From positions 160,001-224,000 of the forward strand of contig JAVZLQ010000001.1 in assembly GCA_038883655.1 (NCBI GenBank): a stretch of 64,000 nt of DNA. The letters are read 5' to 3'. Under the pieces are notes generated by a model that was not told where the DNA came from, searched no databases, and saw only the letters and a program-made list of their open reading frames with translations. Source of the stretch: Candidatus Bathyarchaeia archaeon (lineage in GTDB: Archaea; Thermoproteota; Bathyarchaeia; Bathyarchaeales; Bathycorpusculaceae). A program made the translations under genes and the position numbers. Shown here one piece after another: positions 1 through 10,504 of the stretch (positions are counted from its first letter, which is position 1; each line of letters begins with the position of its first letter).

Positions 1-2
1 GG

Positions 3-149
<147 letters not shown>

Positions 150-189
150 CTATTGTTTAAATAAAAGATTTCCGCATCAAAATTCGGCT

Positions 190-1242
190 TTATCCAAACC
201 ATCTTTCTAAAGTTGTTTTCCCTCTAAGCTTCGTTATCCCGCTTTGCATTTTCTCCAAGGCTTTTCTAACGCGGTCTTCAGAGAAATCCCTCTCGCCACA
301 TATGAAGCGAATCACGCCCTCAACGTCTGGCTCTCTCCACTCAATCTCATAATTGTCCGTAACTTTGGGGTTTAGGAAAATTTCCTTAATACGCTTTGGC
401 TCCACGGGAAACTCGGCATTTTTAATGTACGGCAATGCGTTCTCGAGGCTTCCATGCTCCTTAATAAGTTTAAGCGCCGTTTTCGGTCCAAGCCCCTTCA
501 CACCTTCTGGGTTAAAGTCTGTTCCAATTAAAATTCCGATGTCAACTAGCTGTTCATATGTTATTCCGCACTCTTTTAAGACGCTTTCAAGTTCAACTAT
601 TTCTGGCACAACTTCAATGAACACATTTTTGCCTGGAAGTTTGCGTCTCCCAGAAATTGTAACGTTTCTCACAAGTCTAGGCGCGCCAAAAAGCAAGCTG
701 TCATAGTCTTGGCTTGCGCAGTAGTCTGCGTCTCCACGTTTGACGATGTGGGCTGCTTGGGCTTCCCCTTCGCTTGGAGCTTGAATCCACGGAATGCCCA
801 TTAAATCCAAAAGCCTTTTGCTATCTTCGGCCATGTAATCTTTTAGGCTTGATGTTGCCTGCGCATACATCCGTGCCTCTTCAATCTTGCCCTCCTTCAA
901 GGCTTGCTCATACTTTATCAGCGCTTCCTCCTTTGCCTTAACGCGCCTCTTTATCTCCATTTCCTTCAATGCTGGCGGCGTCCCATCAAAGACGTATATG
1001 GGTTTTATTCCCATCTCCACCAAATTGCTTGTTCTGTAAAGCAAGCCGCTCAAATGGCTTGTGATTCTGCCGCTATTGTCTTTCAATGGTGTGCCGTCTG
1101 GCTGACGTATAATTGCCAAAAACTGGTATAAGGCGTTGTAAGCGTCTATTGCTATGGATTTTCCACTCAAATCCTCAAGCCTAACAACAGTTTTCGGAAC
1201 AATTTCACGGAGGTTTACACCCAAAAACCCTAACCCCACCAT
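190..1242 (-). CDS. fen: Flap endonuclease 1
   Basis: AIDAYNALYQFL, YVFDG, APSEGEAQAA and SQDYDSLLFG motifs; C-terminal PIP-like TLERWF. True start is probably the TTG of LGVNL. Confidence 0.97.
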   Translation of the reverse strand: MVGLGFLGVNLREIVPKTVVRLEDLSGKSIAIDAYNALYQFLAIIRQPDGTPLKDNSGRITSHLSGLLYRTSNLVEMGIKPIYVFDGTPPALKEMEIKRRVKAKEEALIKYEQALKEGKIEEARMYAQATSSLKDYMAEDSKRLLDLMGIPWIQAPSEGEAQAAHIVKRGDADYCASQDYDSLLFGAPRLVRNVTISGRRKLPGKNVFIEVVPEIVELESVLKECGITYEQLVDIGILIGTDFNPEGVKGLGPKTALKLIKEHGSLENALPYIKNAEFPVEPKRIKEIFLNPKVTDNYEIEWREPDVEGVIRFICGERDFSEDRVRKALEKMQSGITKLRGKTTLERWFG

Positions 1243-1358
1243 ATATAGGGATTAAAACTGCGATAATAAACTTGCGAAAACAACGTTTTCCAAGATCCGA
1301 AGCATATAAGTTATAAGGAAGCTTGATAATTAGAGAAACCACCATTGAGGAATAAGTA

Positions 1359-1547
1359 ATGACCGAAAAAGCAACAACAATAACGCTGGTTACATGTACA
1401 AGCTGCGGAAAAACCATTCCGCCCGGAGCTGAAGCCACAAAATTTCTTTGTCCGAACTGCGGAGAAATCACAATTAGACGTTGTGGAAAATGCAGAAAAT
1501 TTGGTCGTCCATATAAGTGTCCCAAATGTGGTTTTACAGGACCATAA
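1359..1547 (+). CDS. Small double zinc-ribbon protein (DUF1610/HVO_2753-like)
   Basis: Four CxxC pairs and C-terminal CPKCGFTGP; usual position upstream of EF-1beta. Confidence 0.9.
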   Translation: MTEKATTITLVTCTSCGKTIPPGAEATKFLCPNCGEITIRRCGKCRKFGRPYKCPKCGFTGP

Positions 1548-1569
1548 TATGATTGATGGAGGTGCAAGC

Positions 1570-1845
1570 GTGGGAAGCGTAATAGTCTCATACAAAATCT
1601 TTCCAACAGACATAACCGTAAACTTTGAAGATTTGAAGAAGAAGATTGAAGCATGCCTTCCAGAATTCGCATCCATTTATGGTTATGGCGAAGAGCCAGT
1701 AGCCTTCGGATTAAACGCCCTAATAGCACACATAAAGTTTCCAGAAGACAAGACTGGCGTGCTCGACGAGCTTGAAAAGAAGTTTGAAGGAATAAGTGAA
1801 ATAAGCCAAGTTCAAACGGTTATGGTGCGTAGAATAAGTAGATAA
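1570..1845 (+). CDS. ef1b: Translation elongation factor 1-beta
   Basis: YKIFP and EEPVAFGLNAL motifs; start moved to in-frame GTG at 1570 after a GGAGGTG RBS. Confidence 0.93.
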   Translation: MGSVIVSYKIFPTDITVNFEDLKKKIEACLPEFASIYGYGEEPVAFGLNALIAHIKFPEDKTGVLDELEKKFEGISEISQVQTVMVRRISR

Positions 1846-1921
1846 CTTTAACTTAGAGTCTAAAACATTTATATAGGATTGAGCCTCTGTTTCGAAACGT
1901 GCTATACACACGTTTAAGGAA

Positions 1922-4102
1922 GTGTTCTGGTTGAGTGAAGTGCAATTACGCGTTGGAGACGCAAAACAAAGGGACGTGGGCAGAGGAATCGCCAGGATAG
2001 ACCAGAGGGCGATGCAGAAGCTTGGCATATCTGCTGGCGACGTAATTGAAATCGTGGGAAAACGGACAACATCTGCCATAGCTTGGCCAGCCTACAGTGA
2101 AGACCAAAACCGTGACATAATACGCATAGACGGCTTTACACGCAAAAACGCTGGAGTAGCCATAAACGAGTATGTTATTGTTAGACCCGCCAAAGTTAAG
2201 GAAGGAATAAGTGTAACTCTTGCTCCCGTTGACATGCGTTTAAACGTAGATGAGGACTTCACGAATTTTGTTAAGAACCGCCTAATGGAAAGAACCCTCG
2301 TCGAGGGCGACACGACACTTGTTATGATGCTTGGGCACGCCATACCATTCACGGTAACGAAAACTCGTCCACACGGTATAATCAAAGTCACTCCAGAAAC
2401 GAGGCTTACGATTTTGAATGAGCCAGCACCAGAAGGAAAGGGCTTGCCGAGAACAACATATGAGGACATAGGCGGACTCCACGAGGAAATCCAAAGAGTT
2501 AGGGAAATGGTTGAACTTCCACTGAGGCATCCAGAACTTTTCCAGAGGCTAGGCATAGAACCGCCAAAAGGCGTATTGCTTCACGGTCCGCCTGGTTGTG
2601 GTAAGACGCTTTTGGCTAGGGCTGTTGCAAACGAGTCTGAAGCAAACTTCTTCTCAATAAACGGTCCAGAAATCATGAGCAAGTTCTACGGCGAATCAGA
2701 AGCTAGGCTTAGGGAAATTTTCCAGCAAGCCCAGCAGAACGCGCCAAGCATAATATTCATAGATGAACTGGACGCCATAGCACCAAAACGCGAAGAAGTA
2801 ACAGGCGAAGTTGAAAGACGCGTGGTCGCGCAATTACTCGCCTTAATGGACGGCTTATCAGGAAGAGGAAACGTCATAGTAATAGGCGCAACAAACCGGC
2901 CAGGCGCACTTGATCCTGCGCTTCGCAGACCTGGCAGGTTTGACCGTGAAATTGAGATTGGTGTTCCAGACAAGCAAGGAAGATACGAGATCCTTCAGAT
3001 TCACACGCGTGGTATGCCTTTGGCGGAGGATGTTGACCTTAAAAAGTTGGCTGAGATGACTCATGGTTATACTGGAGCTGACCTTGCGGCTTTATGTCGA
3101 GAAACAGCCATGAAAGCGCTAAGGAGATATTTGCCACAAATAAACTTGGAGGAGGAGCGCATACCGCCAAGTGTCTTAGAGAAAATGGAAGTGAAAATGG
3201 AAGATTTCATAAATGCCTACAAAGAAGTTACGCCAACAGCCATGCGCGAAGTCTACATTGAAGTGCCGACAGTTCACTGGGAAGACATAGGAGGATTAGA
3301 GGATGTTAAACAAGAGCTTAAGGAGGCTGTTGAATGGCCACTGAAGAACCCAGACATATTCAAGCGTCTCGGAATAAAGCCTCCAAAGGGAATCCTGCTT
3401 TATGGTCCGCCTGGTTGTGGTAAGACGCTTTTGGCTAGGGCTGTTGCCACCGAAAGCGAGGCTAACTTCATAACAATCAAGGGCCCGGAGGTTTTTTCCA
3501 AATGGGTTGGAGAATCCGAGAAGGCGATACGGGAGGTTTTCAGGAAAGCGCGAATGGCTGCGCCTGCGGTAATATTCTTTGACGAGATTGACTCGCTTGT
3601 TCCACGTAGAGGCTTGGGTTTTGCGGATAGCGGCGTAACGGAGCGCGTCATAAGCCAACTTCTAACGGAGATGGACGGGATAGTCACTTTGGAGGACATA
3701 GTTGTGATAGCCGCCACGAACAGACCAGACATTGTTGACCCCGCCGTTCTCCGCCCTGGGAGGTTTGATAGGCTCATATATGTGCCGGAGCCAGACGAGA
3801 AAAGCCGCCTCCAGATATTCAAGATTTACACGAAGAACATGCCTTTAGCCAAAGACGTTGACCTAAACCAGCTTGTTGCGATGACGAAGAACTATTCTGG
3901 AGCTGACATTGAAGCCCTGTGCAGAGAAGCAGCCATGCACGCACTGCGAAGAGACGTAAACGCAAAAGAAGTTTCCATGGCTGACTTCCAAGAAGCGCTG
4001 AAGAAGATTGGGCCTTCAATAACGCCTGACATGGAGAAATGGTATAAGAGCTTTATGCAGCAAGTTCGCGTTGTACAAAAGCCAGCGACACCTGTTGCCT
4101 AG
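1922..4102 (+). CDS. cdc48: CDC48/VCP-family AAA+ ATPase
   Basis: N-domain plus two AAA modules (GPPGCGKT twice, DELD/DEID, RPGRFDR twice). Confidence 0.97.
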   Translation: MFWLSEVQLRVGDAKQRDVGRGIARIDQRAMQKLGISAGDVIEIVGKRTTSAIAWPAYSEDQNRDIIRIDGFTRKNAGVAINEYVIVRPAKVKEGISVTLAPVDMRLNVDEDFTNFVKNRLMERTLVEGDTTLVMMLGHAIPFTVTKTRPHGIIKVTPETRLTILNEPAPEGKGLPRTTYEDIGGLHEEIQRVREMVELPLRHPELFQRLGIEPPKGVLLHGPPGCGKTLLARAVANESEANFFSINGPEIMSKFYGESEARLREIFQQAQQNAPSIIFIDELDAIAPKREEVTGEVERRVVAQLLALMDGLSGRGNVIVIGATNRPGALDPALRRPGRFDREIEIGVPDKQGRYEILQIHTRGMPLAEDVDLKKLAEMTHGYTGADLAALCRETAMKALRRYLPQINLEEERIPPSVLEKMEVKMEDFINAYKEVTPTAMREVYIEVPTVHWEDIGGLEDVKQELKEAVEWPLKNPDIFKRLGIKPPKGILLYGPPGCGKTLLARAVATESEANFITIKGPEVFSKWVGESEKAIREVFRKARMAAPAVIFFDEIDSLVPRRGLGFADSGVTERVISQLLTEMDGIVTLEDIVVIAATNRPDIVDPAVLRPGRFDRLIYVPEPDEKSRLQIFKIYTKNMPLAKDVDLNQLVAMTKNYSGADIEALCREAAMHALRRDVNAKEVSMADFQEALKKIGPSITPDMEKWYKSFMQQVRVVQKPATPVA
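2585..3447 (+). repeat. Exact 44-bp direct repeat (2585-2628 and 3404-3447) over both cdc48 Walker A motifs
   Basis: ggtccgcctggttgtggtaagacgcttttggctagggctgttgc occurs at both positions. Confidence 0.9.
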
Positions 4103-4116
4103 GAGAAACATGAGCC

Positions 4117-4344
4117 TTGCCCGTTAAGACTTGGAAGACGCATCCAGCAGATTTTGTTTTATTGGAGATTCTGCGGAAAAAGGGCGCCATGACCGACGAG
4201 GAACTTTTTGAATTATTAAATGAGGAGTTTAAGGATTTGGGGTTTAAGGACTTCAATAGGCTTTTGATGCGTTTGGAAATAGGCGGGAAAGTGCGAGTTA
4301 CTTCGATGACGCGTGGGAAAAGGCGGGTTGAGCTCTTAACATAA
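4117..4344 (+). CDS. Small winged-helix protein
   Basis: Helix-helix-helix-wing pattern (LLEILRKKGAMTDEEL...LMRLEIGGKVRV); operon-like spacing after cdc48. Confidence 0.7.
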   Translation: MPVKTWKTHPADFVLLEILRKKGAMTDEELFELLNEEFKDLGFKDFNRLLMRLEIGGKVRVTSMTRGKRRVELLT

Positions 4345-4365
4345 AAGCCTAAACAAAACTTTCAA

Positions 4366-5598
4366 GTGCTTTTGATGAGTTTACCCGCAGAAGTAATAGT
4401 TGTCGGCGGCGGACCATGCGGGTCCTTTACGGCGCTTAACCTGGCAAAAAACGGAGTGCACGTAAAAGTCTTTGAAGAGCACGGCGAAATAGGCTTTCCA
4501 ACGCACTGCAGCGGTCATATTAGCCTTAAAGGCTTAAACGATTTGAGTTTGCTCCCACTTCCAGCAAAGATTGTGGAAAATACTTTTTATAGAGCAAAAT
4601 TTTACTCGCCAAGCGGCGTGGAATTCGCTGTTCACCTTCAGAAGCCGTTGACGTGTGTTGTTAACCGCGCCCTTTTCGATAAGCACATTGCTGAACTTGC
4701 AAATTCTCACAATGTAGAATATCGCTTGAACGTACGCGTCGAGTCCTTAATTGTTGAAGGTGGCTATGTTAAGGGCGTAAGATTTAGCCAAAATGGAAAA
4801 AGTGAAAGTGAATACGCGAAAATTGTGGTTGACGCTGAAGGTGTATCAGCGAGAATTTTAAGGCAAGCTAGGTTAAAGTGCGCCGATGCGTCGATGATGG
4901 TTAACGGGGTAAACGCCGAAATTGAAGGCTTGCGTGATGTTGAAACAGACAGCGTCCAAGTTTTTCTTGGAAAAGCTTACGCACCTGACTTTTATGCCTG
5001 GATTATTCCAAAAAAGGATGGAACAGCAAAAGTTGGGTTAGCCGCTAAACAGGGAAACCCGAAGGAGCTTCTGCAGCGATTTATGTTAAAGCATCCTGTT
5101 GCCTCAAAAATGCTTAAGTCGGCAAAGGTGTTGTGTACAGCTTTTCATCCAATACCGCTTGGAGGTTTCATCCCAAAAGCATTTTCCAATGGCTTTTTGG
5201 CTATAGGCGATGCAGCTTCACAAGTAAAACCCACAACTGGCGGCGGCATAATCCTCGGAATGAACTGCGCGAAAATCGCAGCTGAAACAGCATTTGAGGC
5301 GTTGCTTGCGGGTGATTTCTCAGCCAAATTCCTGAGCGCCTACCAGAAGCGTTTCAGGAGAAACTTTGGTTTCGACGTGAGTTTTATGCTTAGGATTAGG
5401 CGAATGCTCGACGCAATTCCCGACGAGAAGCTGGACTCTTTAATTAAAACTTGTGTTAGACTTGGCTTAGATGAGGATTTGCGCGTTTTCAGCGACTTGG
5501 ATTTTCAAGGAAAAGCCCTAATGAAGCTCATGCCAAAACCAAAAATTTTGCAGGCACTTTTCGCTTTTTTCGCGCTTTATCTTTCTGCGAAGCTTTAA
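4366..5598 (+). CDS. Geranylgeranyl reductase-family FAD oxidoreductase
   Basis: GGGPCG, YAWIIP and GDAASQVKPTTGGGI motifs. Confidence 0.88.
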   Translation: MLLMSLPAEVIVVGGGPCGSFTALNLAKNGVHVKVFEEHGEIGFPTHCSGHISLKGLNDLSLLPLPAKIVENTFYRAKFYSPSGVEFAVHLQKPLTCVVNRALFDKHIAELANSHNVEYRLNVRVESLIVEGGYVKGVRFSQNGKSESEYAKIVVDAEGVSARILRQARLKCADASMMVNGVNAEIEGLRDVETDSVQVFLGKAYAPDFYAWIIPKKDGTAKVGLAAKQGNPKELLQRFMLKHPVASKMLKSAKVLCTAFHPIPLGGFIPKAFSNGFLAIGDAASQVKPTTGGGIILGMNCAKIAAETAFEALLAGDFSAKFLSAYQKRFRRNFGFDVSFMLRIRRMLDAIPDEKLDSLIKTCVRLGLDEDLRVFSDLDFQGKALMKLMPKPKILQALFAFFALYLSAKL

Positions 5599-5640
5599 AA
5601 TGTTTGAATGACAAAACTGACAGAAACGGCGGTAAACGCT

Positions 5641-6003
5641 ATGTCTGAGTTTCGCTACAAGCAAGTCATAGTTTTTCGTTCCGACCTAAAACTGAGCAAG
5701 GGCAAGGTTGCAGCTCAAGCTGGACATGCGGCGGTTTCAGCGGCTGAGGAGGCCCGTAAAAGGAGATATGCATGGTGGAAGGCTTGGATAAACGAGGGAC
5801 AGTGCAAAATAGCTGTTAAAGTGAAAAGCGAAAAGGAGCTTCTGGATTTGGAAAAAAAGGTGAAAGAACTTGCCTTACCGTGCGCCCTAATAGTTGATAG
5901 GGGATTAACGGAAGTTCCGCCTGGAACAATAACTTGTCTGGGAATTGGACCCGCACCAGTCGAAGAAATGGACAAAATAACTGGTCTGCTTCCGCTTCTT
6001 TAG
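5641..6003 (+). CDS. pth2: Peptidyl-tRNA hydrolase Pth2
   Basis: KQVIV, GKVAAQAGHA, DRGLTEVPPGTIT and DKITG motifs; start set at MSEFRY. Confidence 0.95.
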   Translation: MSEFRYKQVIVFRSDLKLSKGKVAAQAGHAAVSAAEEARKRRYAWWKAWINEGQCKIAVKVKSEKELLDLEKKVKELALPCALIVDRGLTEVPPGTITCLGIGPAPVEEMDKITGLLPLL

Positions 6004-6015
6004 AGGGTTTAATGC

Positions 6016-7398
6016 TTGTTTGTTCCAAGGGTTGAGAAGCTTATTGGGATGGAAGTTTATGCTACCCGCTCAAATGGGATAGGCGGAGTTCTCAAACATT
6101 TTCCAGAAGACTTTGTTGTTGAAGAAGTGCTCATTGACGGCTCAAAGGCTGAGGTGGCGCAACCTAAAACCGGTGAAACCAAAACTTTTAACTTTTCAGA
6201 CACAAAAACACGCCGTCTGCTTTGCATTTTGGTTAAGCGAAACTGGGACACGTTTTTGGCTGTTAAAGCCATTGCTGGACAGTTAGGCATAAGTCCGAAG
6301 CAAATTCAGATTGCGGGGATAAAGGACGCGAAAGCCCTAACAGCTCAATACATAACGGTGAAAGGTGTAGATGCTGAAAGTCTAGCTAAACTTAAGGTTA
6401 ACGACATAGAAATCCGCCATATTGGATATTTTAGAGGTGAAATCTCACCGCACTTTCTTCTTGGAAACGATTTCCACATTGTTGTTAGAACTGTAAGGCA
6501 CTCGAAAAGCATGGTGAAAGCGCGGATAGAAAAGGTGATAGAAGAAATTGGGGCGTTAGGCGGTGTTCCAAACTTTTTTGGTCACCAACGCTTCGGCACA
6601 GTCCGTCCAATAACGCATTTTGTCGGCAAAGCCTTAATTCAAGGAAATTTTAGGAAAGCCACAATGCTTTTTCTTGCAAAACCAAGCAGATACGAGCATC
6701 CAGAATCAAGGCAGGCAAGAGAAACTTTAATGGCTACGCAGGACTTCAAAAAAGCCCTAAAAATTTTCCCGAAAAACCTACGTTTTGAACGTTTAATGCT
6801 TGAGCATTTAACCAAAAAGCCAGAAGACTATGTGGGAGCGTTTAGACGGCTGCCAAACAAGCTTTTAAAGCTTTTCATACAAGCATATCAAGCCTATCTC
6901 TTCAACAAATTTTTAAGCGCAAGAATAAGCCGCGGTCTTCTGCTTAACGTGGCGAATGTCGGCGACTATGTGGTTAGTGTTGAGCGAAACGGGCTTCCAA
7001 TGCTAAAAATGCACAAGACTGTGGACAATAAAGCACTTGCCGATGTGAACGCGTCTCTGAAAAGTGGGCGGTTGCGCTTGGCACTTCCACTAATAGGCTT
7101 TAAACAGAAACCTTCAAGGGGGGTTCAAGGCGAAATAGAAAAAGAAATTTTGGAAGAGGAAGGCGTCTCCCAAGAAAATTTTAAAGTTGAATCTATTCCA
7201 GAGATCAGTTCAAAAGGCGAACTTCGAACCATGATAACGCCATTAAGAAACTTTGCACTAGATGAAATATTGAAGGATTCAGCCAACCCATCGAAGAAAG
7301 CTGTTAAACTCCATTTTATGCTGCTTCGCGGCTCCTACGCTACAGTCCTATTACGGGAAATCATGAAAGTACGAAATCCAGTAAAAGCTGGATTTTAA
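6016..7398 (+). CDS. truD: tRNA pseudouridine(13) synthase
   Basis: PEDFVVEE, AGIKDAKA, PNFFGHQRFG and GSYATVLLRE motifs. Confidence 0.95.
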   Translation: MFVPRVEKLIGMEVYATRSNGIGGVLKHFPEDFVVEEVLIDGSKAEVAQPKTGETKTFNFSDTKTRRLLCILVKRNWDTFLAVKAIAGQLGISPKQIQIAGIKDAKALTAQYITVKGVDAESLAKLKVNDIEIRHIGYFRGEISPHFLLGNDFHIVVRTVRHSKSMVKARIEKVIEEIGALGGVPNFFGHQRFGTVRPITHFVGKALIQGNFRKATMLFLAKPSRYEHPESRQARETLMATQDFKKALKIFPKNLRFERLMLEHLTKKPEDYVGAFRRLPNKLLKLFIQAYQAYLFNKFLSARISRGLLLNVANVGDYVVSVERNGLPMLKMHKTVDNKALADVNASLKSGRLRLALPLIGFKQKPSRGVQGEIEKEILEEEGVSQENFKVESIPEISSKGELRTMITPLRNFALDEILKDSANPSKKAVKLHFMLLRGSYATVLLREIMKVRNPVKAGF

Positions 7399-7412
7399 AG
7401 CGTTCAAAGCAT

Positions 7413-8588
7413 TTAGTTCGCTAATTCCTTTTCCGCATTTTCCAATAGCAAATGCTTCTTCTCCGTTGGCACTATAACGTTTGCGGCATACTGATGCCCA
7501 TCGGCAACACCGAAACCCTCTGAAGCCTTCTCCAATAAATTCACCGCCCCCGGGAGACCGCCGCTGTCGATTAGTGACTGCATAGTTTTCGGTACACGCA
7601 TAGATGCCTTGACAAAAGTTTCTTTTAGCCTTCCCCAGTTTGGAATTTCCCTAGGCACGTTTACGAATCCCAAAATGTATTTTTCTGGTTTTATTAGGCT
7701 CTTTTGGTAAGCCAGAAAAGAGCAGAATTGCCCGATCACTTTTGTTCCCATTCCACGGTACATGTCTCCAGCATCAAACCATTGTATGTGCGCTGTTTCC
7801 CTCAACCTTTCACGGTAAAGCCTAGCCAAAACTTGGCGATTAACTTCCTTACGCCTAGCCTCCAAAACTTCAACCTTGCTTTCCACCTCATTGCTTAAGC
7901 CTTCAAGGCAAGCCCTTATTCCGATTTCTGGTCCTCCCTCATAATAGCCCACAGCGCCCAAAATTTGAAGCTTAGAGAACAGCGTGTCCAAGCGTGTTTT
8001 CAGCCTCTGCGCCTCAAAATTTTTGCCTTTCTGCTGAACCACTCCGCTTTTCAAAGCTTCTTCCAAAACCATTTTATTTATTGCTAAGAAACCATCTGGA
8101 ATTTCGCAGCTGCCAACCAAAGCCAAATAGCTTAAGTCAAAATTCTCTTCATTCAGAGCTTTCGCAAACAAGTAACAACATGTGGCTCCAGAAAAGTCTG
8201 TTTCACCTCTAAACCCGTAATTTTCAAGGTTTAAATCCAAAACTTTCGAGTCTGATGAAGGCTTTGGATCATGGTGGTCAAGTATTATCGTAAAATTCTT
8301 GCCCTTGTTGAATTCTGAAATCAAATCCGCATGTGAGGAGCCAATGTCAACATAAAAAATCGTGCTGCCGCTTTTTGAATGCAAGTTAGCTATAACTTCG
8401 GTGTAAACCTTCTCTAAGCAGAACAACTTGGCTTTTACACCTTCCCTTTCCAGCGCCCTTAAGATTATGGCTGCTGCACATAATCCATCAGCATCATCAT
8501 GATGAACTATTAGGGCTTCTTTAGGCTTAGCCGCCCTAAACTCCTTAATAGCCATTTCCAACTTCGACTTAAAATCTTCTAAACTCAA
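7413..8588 (-). CDS. DHH-family phosphoesterase (RecJ-like)
   Basis: HHDDADG, VDIG and LDHH motifs; C-terminal DGHQYAA in place of GGGH. Confidence 0.8.
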   Translation of the reverse strand: MSLEDFKSKLEMAIKEFRAAKPKEALIVHHDDADGLCAAAIILRALEREGVKAKLFCLEKVYTEVIANLHSKSGSTIFYVDIGSSHADLISEFNKGKNFTIILDHHDPKPSSDSKVLDLNLENYGFRGETDFSGATCCYLFAKALNEENFDLSYLALVGSCEIPDGFLAINKMVLEEALKSGVVQQKGKNFEAQRLKTRLDTLFSKLQILGAVGYYEGGPEIGIRACLEGLSNEVESKVEVLEARRKEVNRQVLARLYRERLRETAHIQWFDAGDMYRGMGTKVIGQFCSFLAYQKSLIKPEKYILGFVNVPREIPNWGRLKETFVKASMRVPKTMQSLIDSGGLPGAVNLLEKASEGFGVADGHQYAANVIVPTEKKHLLLENAEKELAN

Positions 8589-8601
8589 ACTTTTACACCT
8601 C

Positions 8602-9144
8602 TTAACCTATAGTCTTCAACAGGTCCGAGCGGGTTATTATCCCAACAATTTCTTTGCCGCGCACAACCAAAACTCCTGGGTGTCTCTCAAGCAGTGGGCG
8701 TATTGAGTCTATTGGTGTTTCTTCCGAAACCGTGGGTAGCGGCGGACCCATTATCTCCTTCACTTTGGCTTCTGCAATGTCAGCGTCAAGATTCCTTATT
8801 ATGTCTTCTTCTGTTATTGTTCCAATAACCCTTCCCTTGTCTAAGACTGGCATCTGCGATATTGCATTGTGCACCATGATTTCGCTTACTTTAAAGATGC
8901 TGTTGTTTGGCTTCGCGAAAATCACACCCGTCGTCATCAAATCCTTGCATTTCAACTTTTTTCCGCCAGCTAAAACTTCCAAAATCCTATTTATTGTTGA
9001 AAGCCGCGGGTCAACTTTTCCCTGCTCTATCTTTGCTATGTGTGCTTGTGAGACTCCAACAAGTTCGGCTAATTTTTTCTGAGTTAGCCCCGCTTCGGTT
9101 CTTAACCTTTTTAGGTGGTTTCCAGTTATCGCCAAAATAACCAC
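8602..9144 (-). CDS. XRE-type HTH plus CBS-pair transcriptional regulator
   Basis: LTQKKLAELVGVSQAHIAKIEQG followed by two CBS repeats. Confidence 0.92.
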   Translation of the reverse strand: MVILAITGNHLKRLRTEAGLTQKKLAELVGVSQAHIAKIEQGKVDPRLSTINRILEVLAGGKKLKCKDLMTTGVIFAKPNNSIFKVSEIMVHNAISQMPVLDKGRVIGTITEEDIIRNLDADIAEAKVKEIMGPPLPTVSEETPIDSIRPLLERHPGVLVVRGKEIVGIITRSDLLKTIG

Positions 9145-9222
9145 CAGTTATTACTCTATATAAACTGATACAGTAAAATATATATTTGTTATCGCGCATA
9201 CACCATAAACTTCGCGGATGGA

Positions 9223-10440
9223 ATGTTTAAAATGCGAAACATAATTGTTGAAGACTTAAAGCAAACTCCGCTGGAAAAGCAGCGCATAGAAATAGTTGAA
9301 AGAAAAGGTTTGGGACACCCAGATTATATATGCGACGCTGTTATGGACCAAATTTCAATCTGCCTAAGCAAAGAATATCTGGAAAAGGCGGGCACAATAC
9401 TGCACCATAACGTTGACAAGTCCTTGCTTGTGGCTGGCGAAGCAGAACCAAAATTTGGAGGAGGCGCAGTTAAGCAGCCAATGCTCTTTGTTTTTGGCGA
9501 TAGGGCAACATCAGAGGTTAACGGCACAAAAATTGACGTTGCAAGTATAGCTGTAAACGTTGCAAAGCAGTGGTTTAAGCAGAACATGCGCTTCATAGAC
9601 CCAGAAAGGCATGTGAAATATCAGGTTGAGTTGAAACCTGGCTCAGCTGGGCTTGTTGACATTTTTAAGCGTAAGGGCAAAGTTTTAGGCGCCAATGACA
9701 CTTCTGCCGCTGTTGGTTATGCGCCTATGACAAGAACTGAAAAGATTGTTTTGAAAACTGAAAGGTTTCTGAATTCTAAAGAATTTAAGGAGCGTTTTCC
9801 AGAGTCTGGGGAAGACATAAAGGTTATGGGCTTTAGAGCCAACAACAGCCTAAACTTGACAATTTCAATGGCTTTTGTCGACCGCTATGTGTACAGCGAG
9901 GATGACTACTTTGAAAAGAAAGCGAAAATCCTAGAAGAAATTGAACGTTATGTGGAAGCGAACACGGACTTCGACAAAATCAACGTTCAACTAAACACTT
10001 TGGACATGCGTGGGAGGGGCATAGGAGGCGTATACTTGACAGTCCTAGGTACAAGTGCCGACAGCGGAGACTCTGGACAAGTTGGGAGGGGCAACCGCGT
10101 AAACGGCCTAATATCGTTAAATAGGCCCTTCTGCTCTGAGGCTGCAGCTGGCAAGAACCCAGTTAGCCACGTTGGAAAAATCTATAACGTTTTAACCTAC
10201 AAGATAGCCCAGCATGTGTACGAGGAAGTTCCAGAAGTTGAGGAGGTTTACATTTGGCTTTTGAGCAAAATAGGCAGTCCAATCGACCAGCCAGCTGTCG
10301 CTGCAGCCCAAGTTATAATGAAGGGTGGCAACTCGCTTGACAAGGTTAGGCATGAGATAAGCAATGTGCTGAATTATGAGCTTGAAAACATAGACAAGTT
10401 TTGCATGGAACTTGCTCAAGGAAAAATACAAACATACTAA
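9223..10440 (+). CDS. mat: Archaeal S-adenosylmethionine synthetase
   Basis: ERKGLGHPD, ANDTS, GEDIKVMG, GRGNR and AGKNPVSHVGKIYN motifs. Confidence 0.96.
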   Translation: MFKMRNIIVEDLKQTPLEKQRIEIVERKGLGHPDYICDAVMDQISICLSKEYLEKAGTILHHNVDKSLLVAGEAEPKFGGGAVKQPMLFVFGDRATSEVNGTKIDVASIAVNVAKQWFKQNMRFIDPERHVKYQVELKPGSAGLVDIFKRKGKVLGANDTSAAVGYAPMTRTEKIVLKTERFLNSKEFKERFPESGEDIKVMGFRANNSLNLTISMAFVDRYVYSEDDYFEKKAKILEEIERYVEANTDFDKINVQLNTLDMRGRGIGGVYLTVLGTSADSGDSGQVGRGNRVNGLISLNRPFCSEAAAGKNPVSHVGKIYNVLTYKIAQHVYEEVPEVEEVYIWLLSKIGSPIDQPAVAAAQVIMKGGNSLDKVRHEISNVLNYELENIDKFCMELAQGKIQTY

Positions 10441-10504
10441 CAATTAATTTATGCTTCACGCAGCCTATTTTTAGCGCATTGCACAGTTAAATGAGGATTT
10501 ACGT

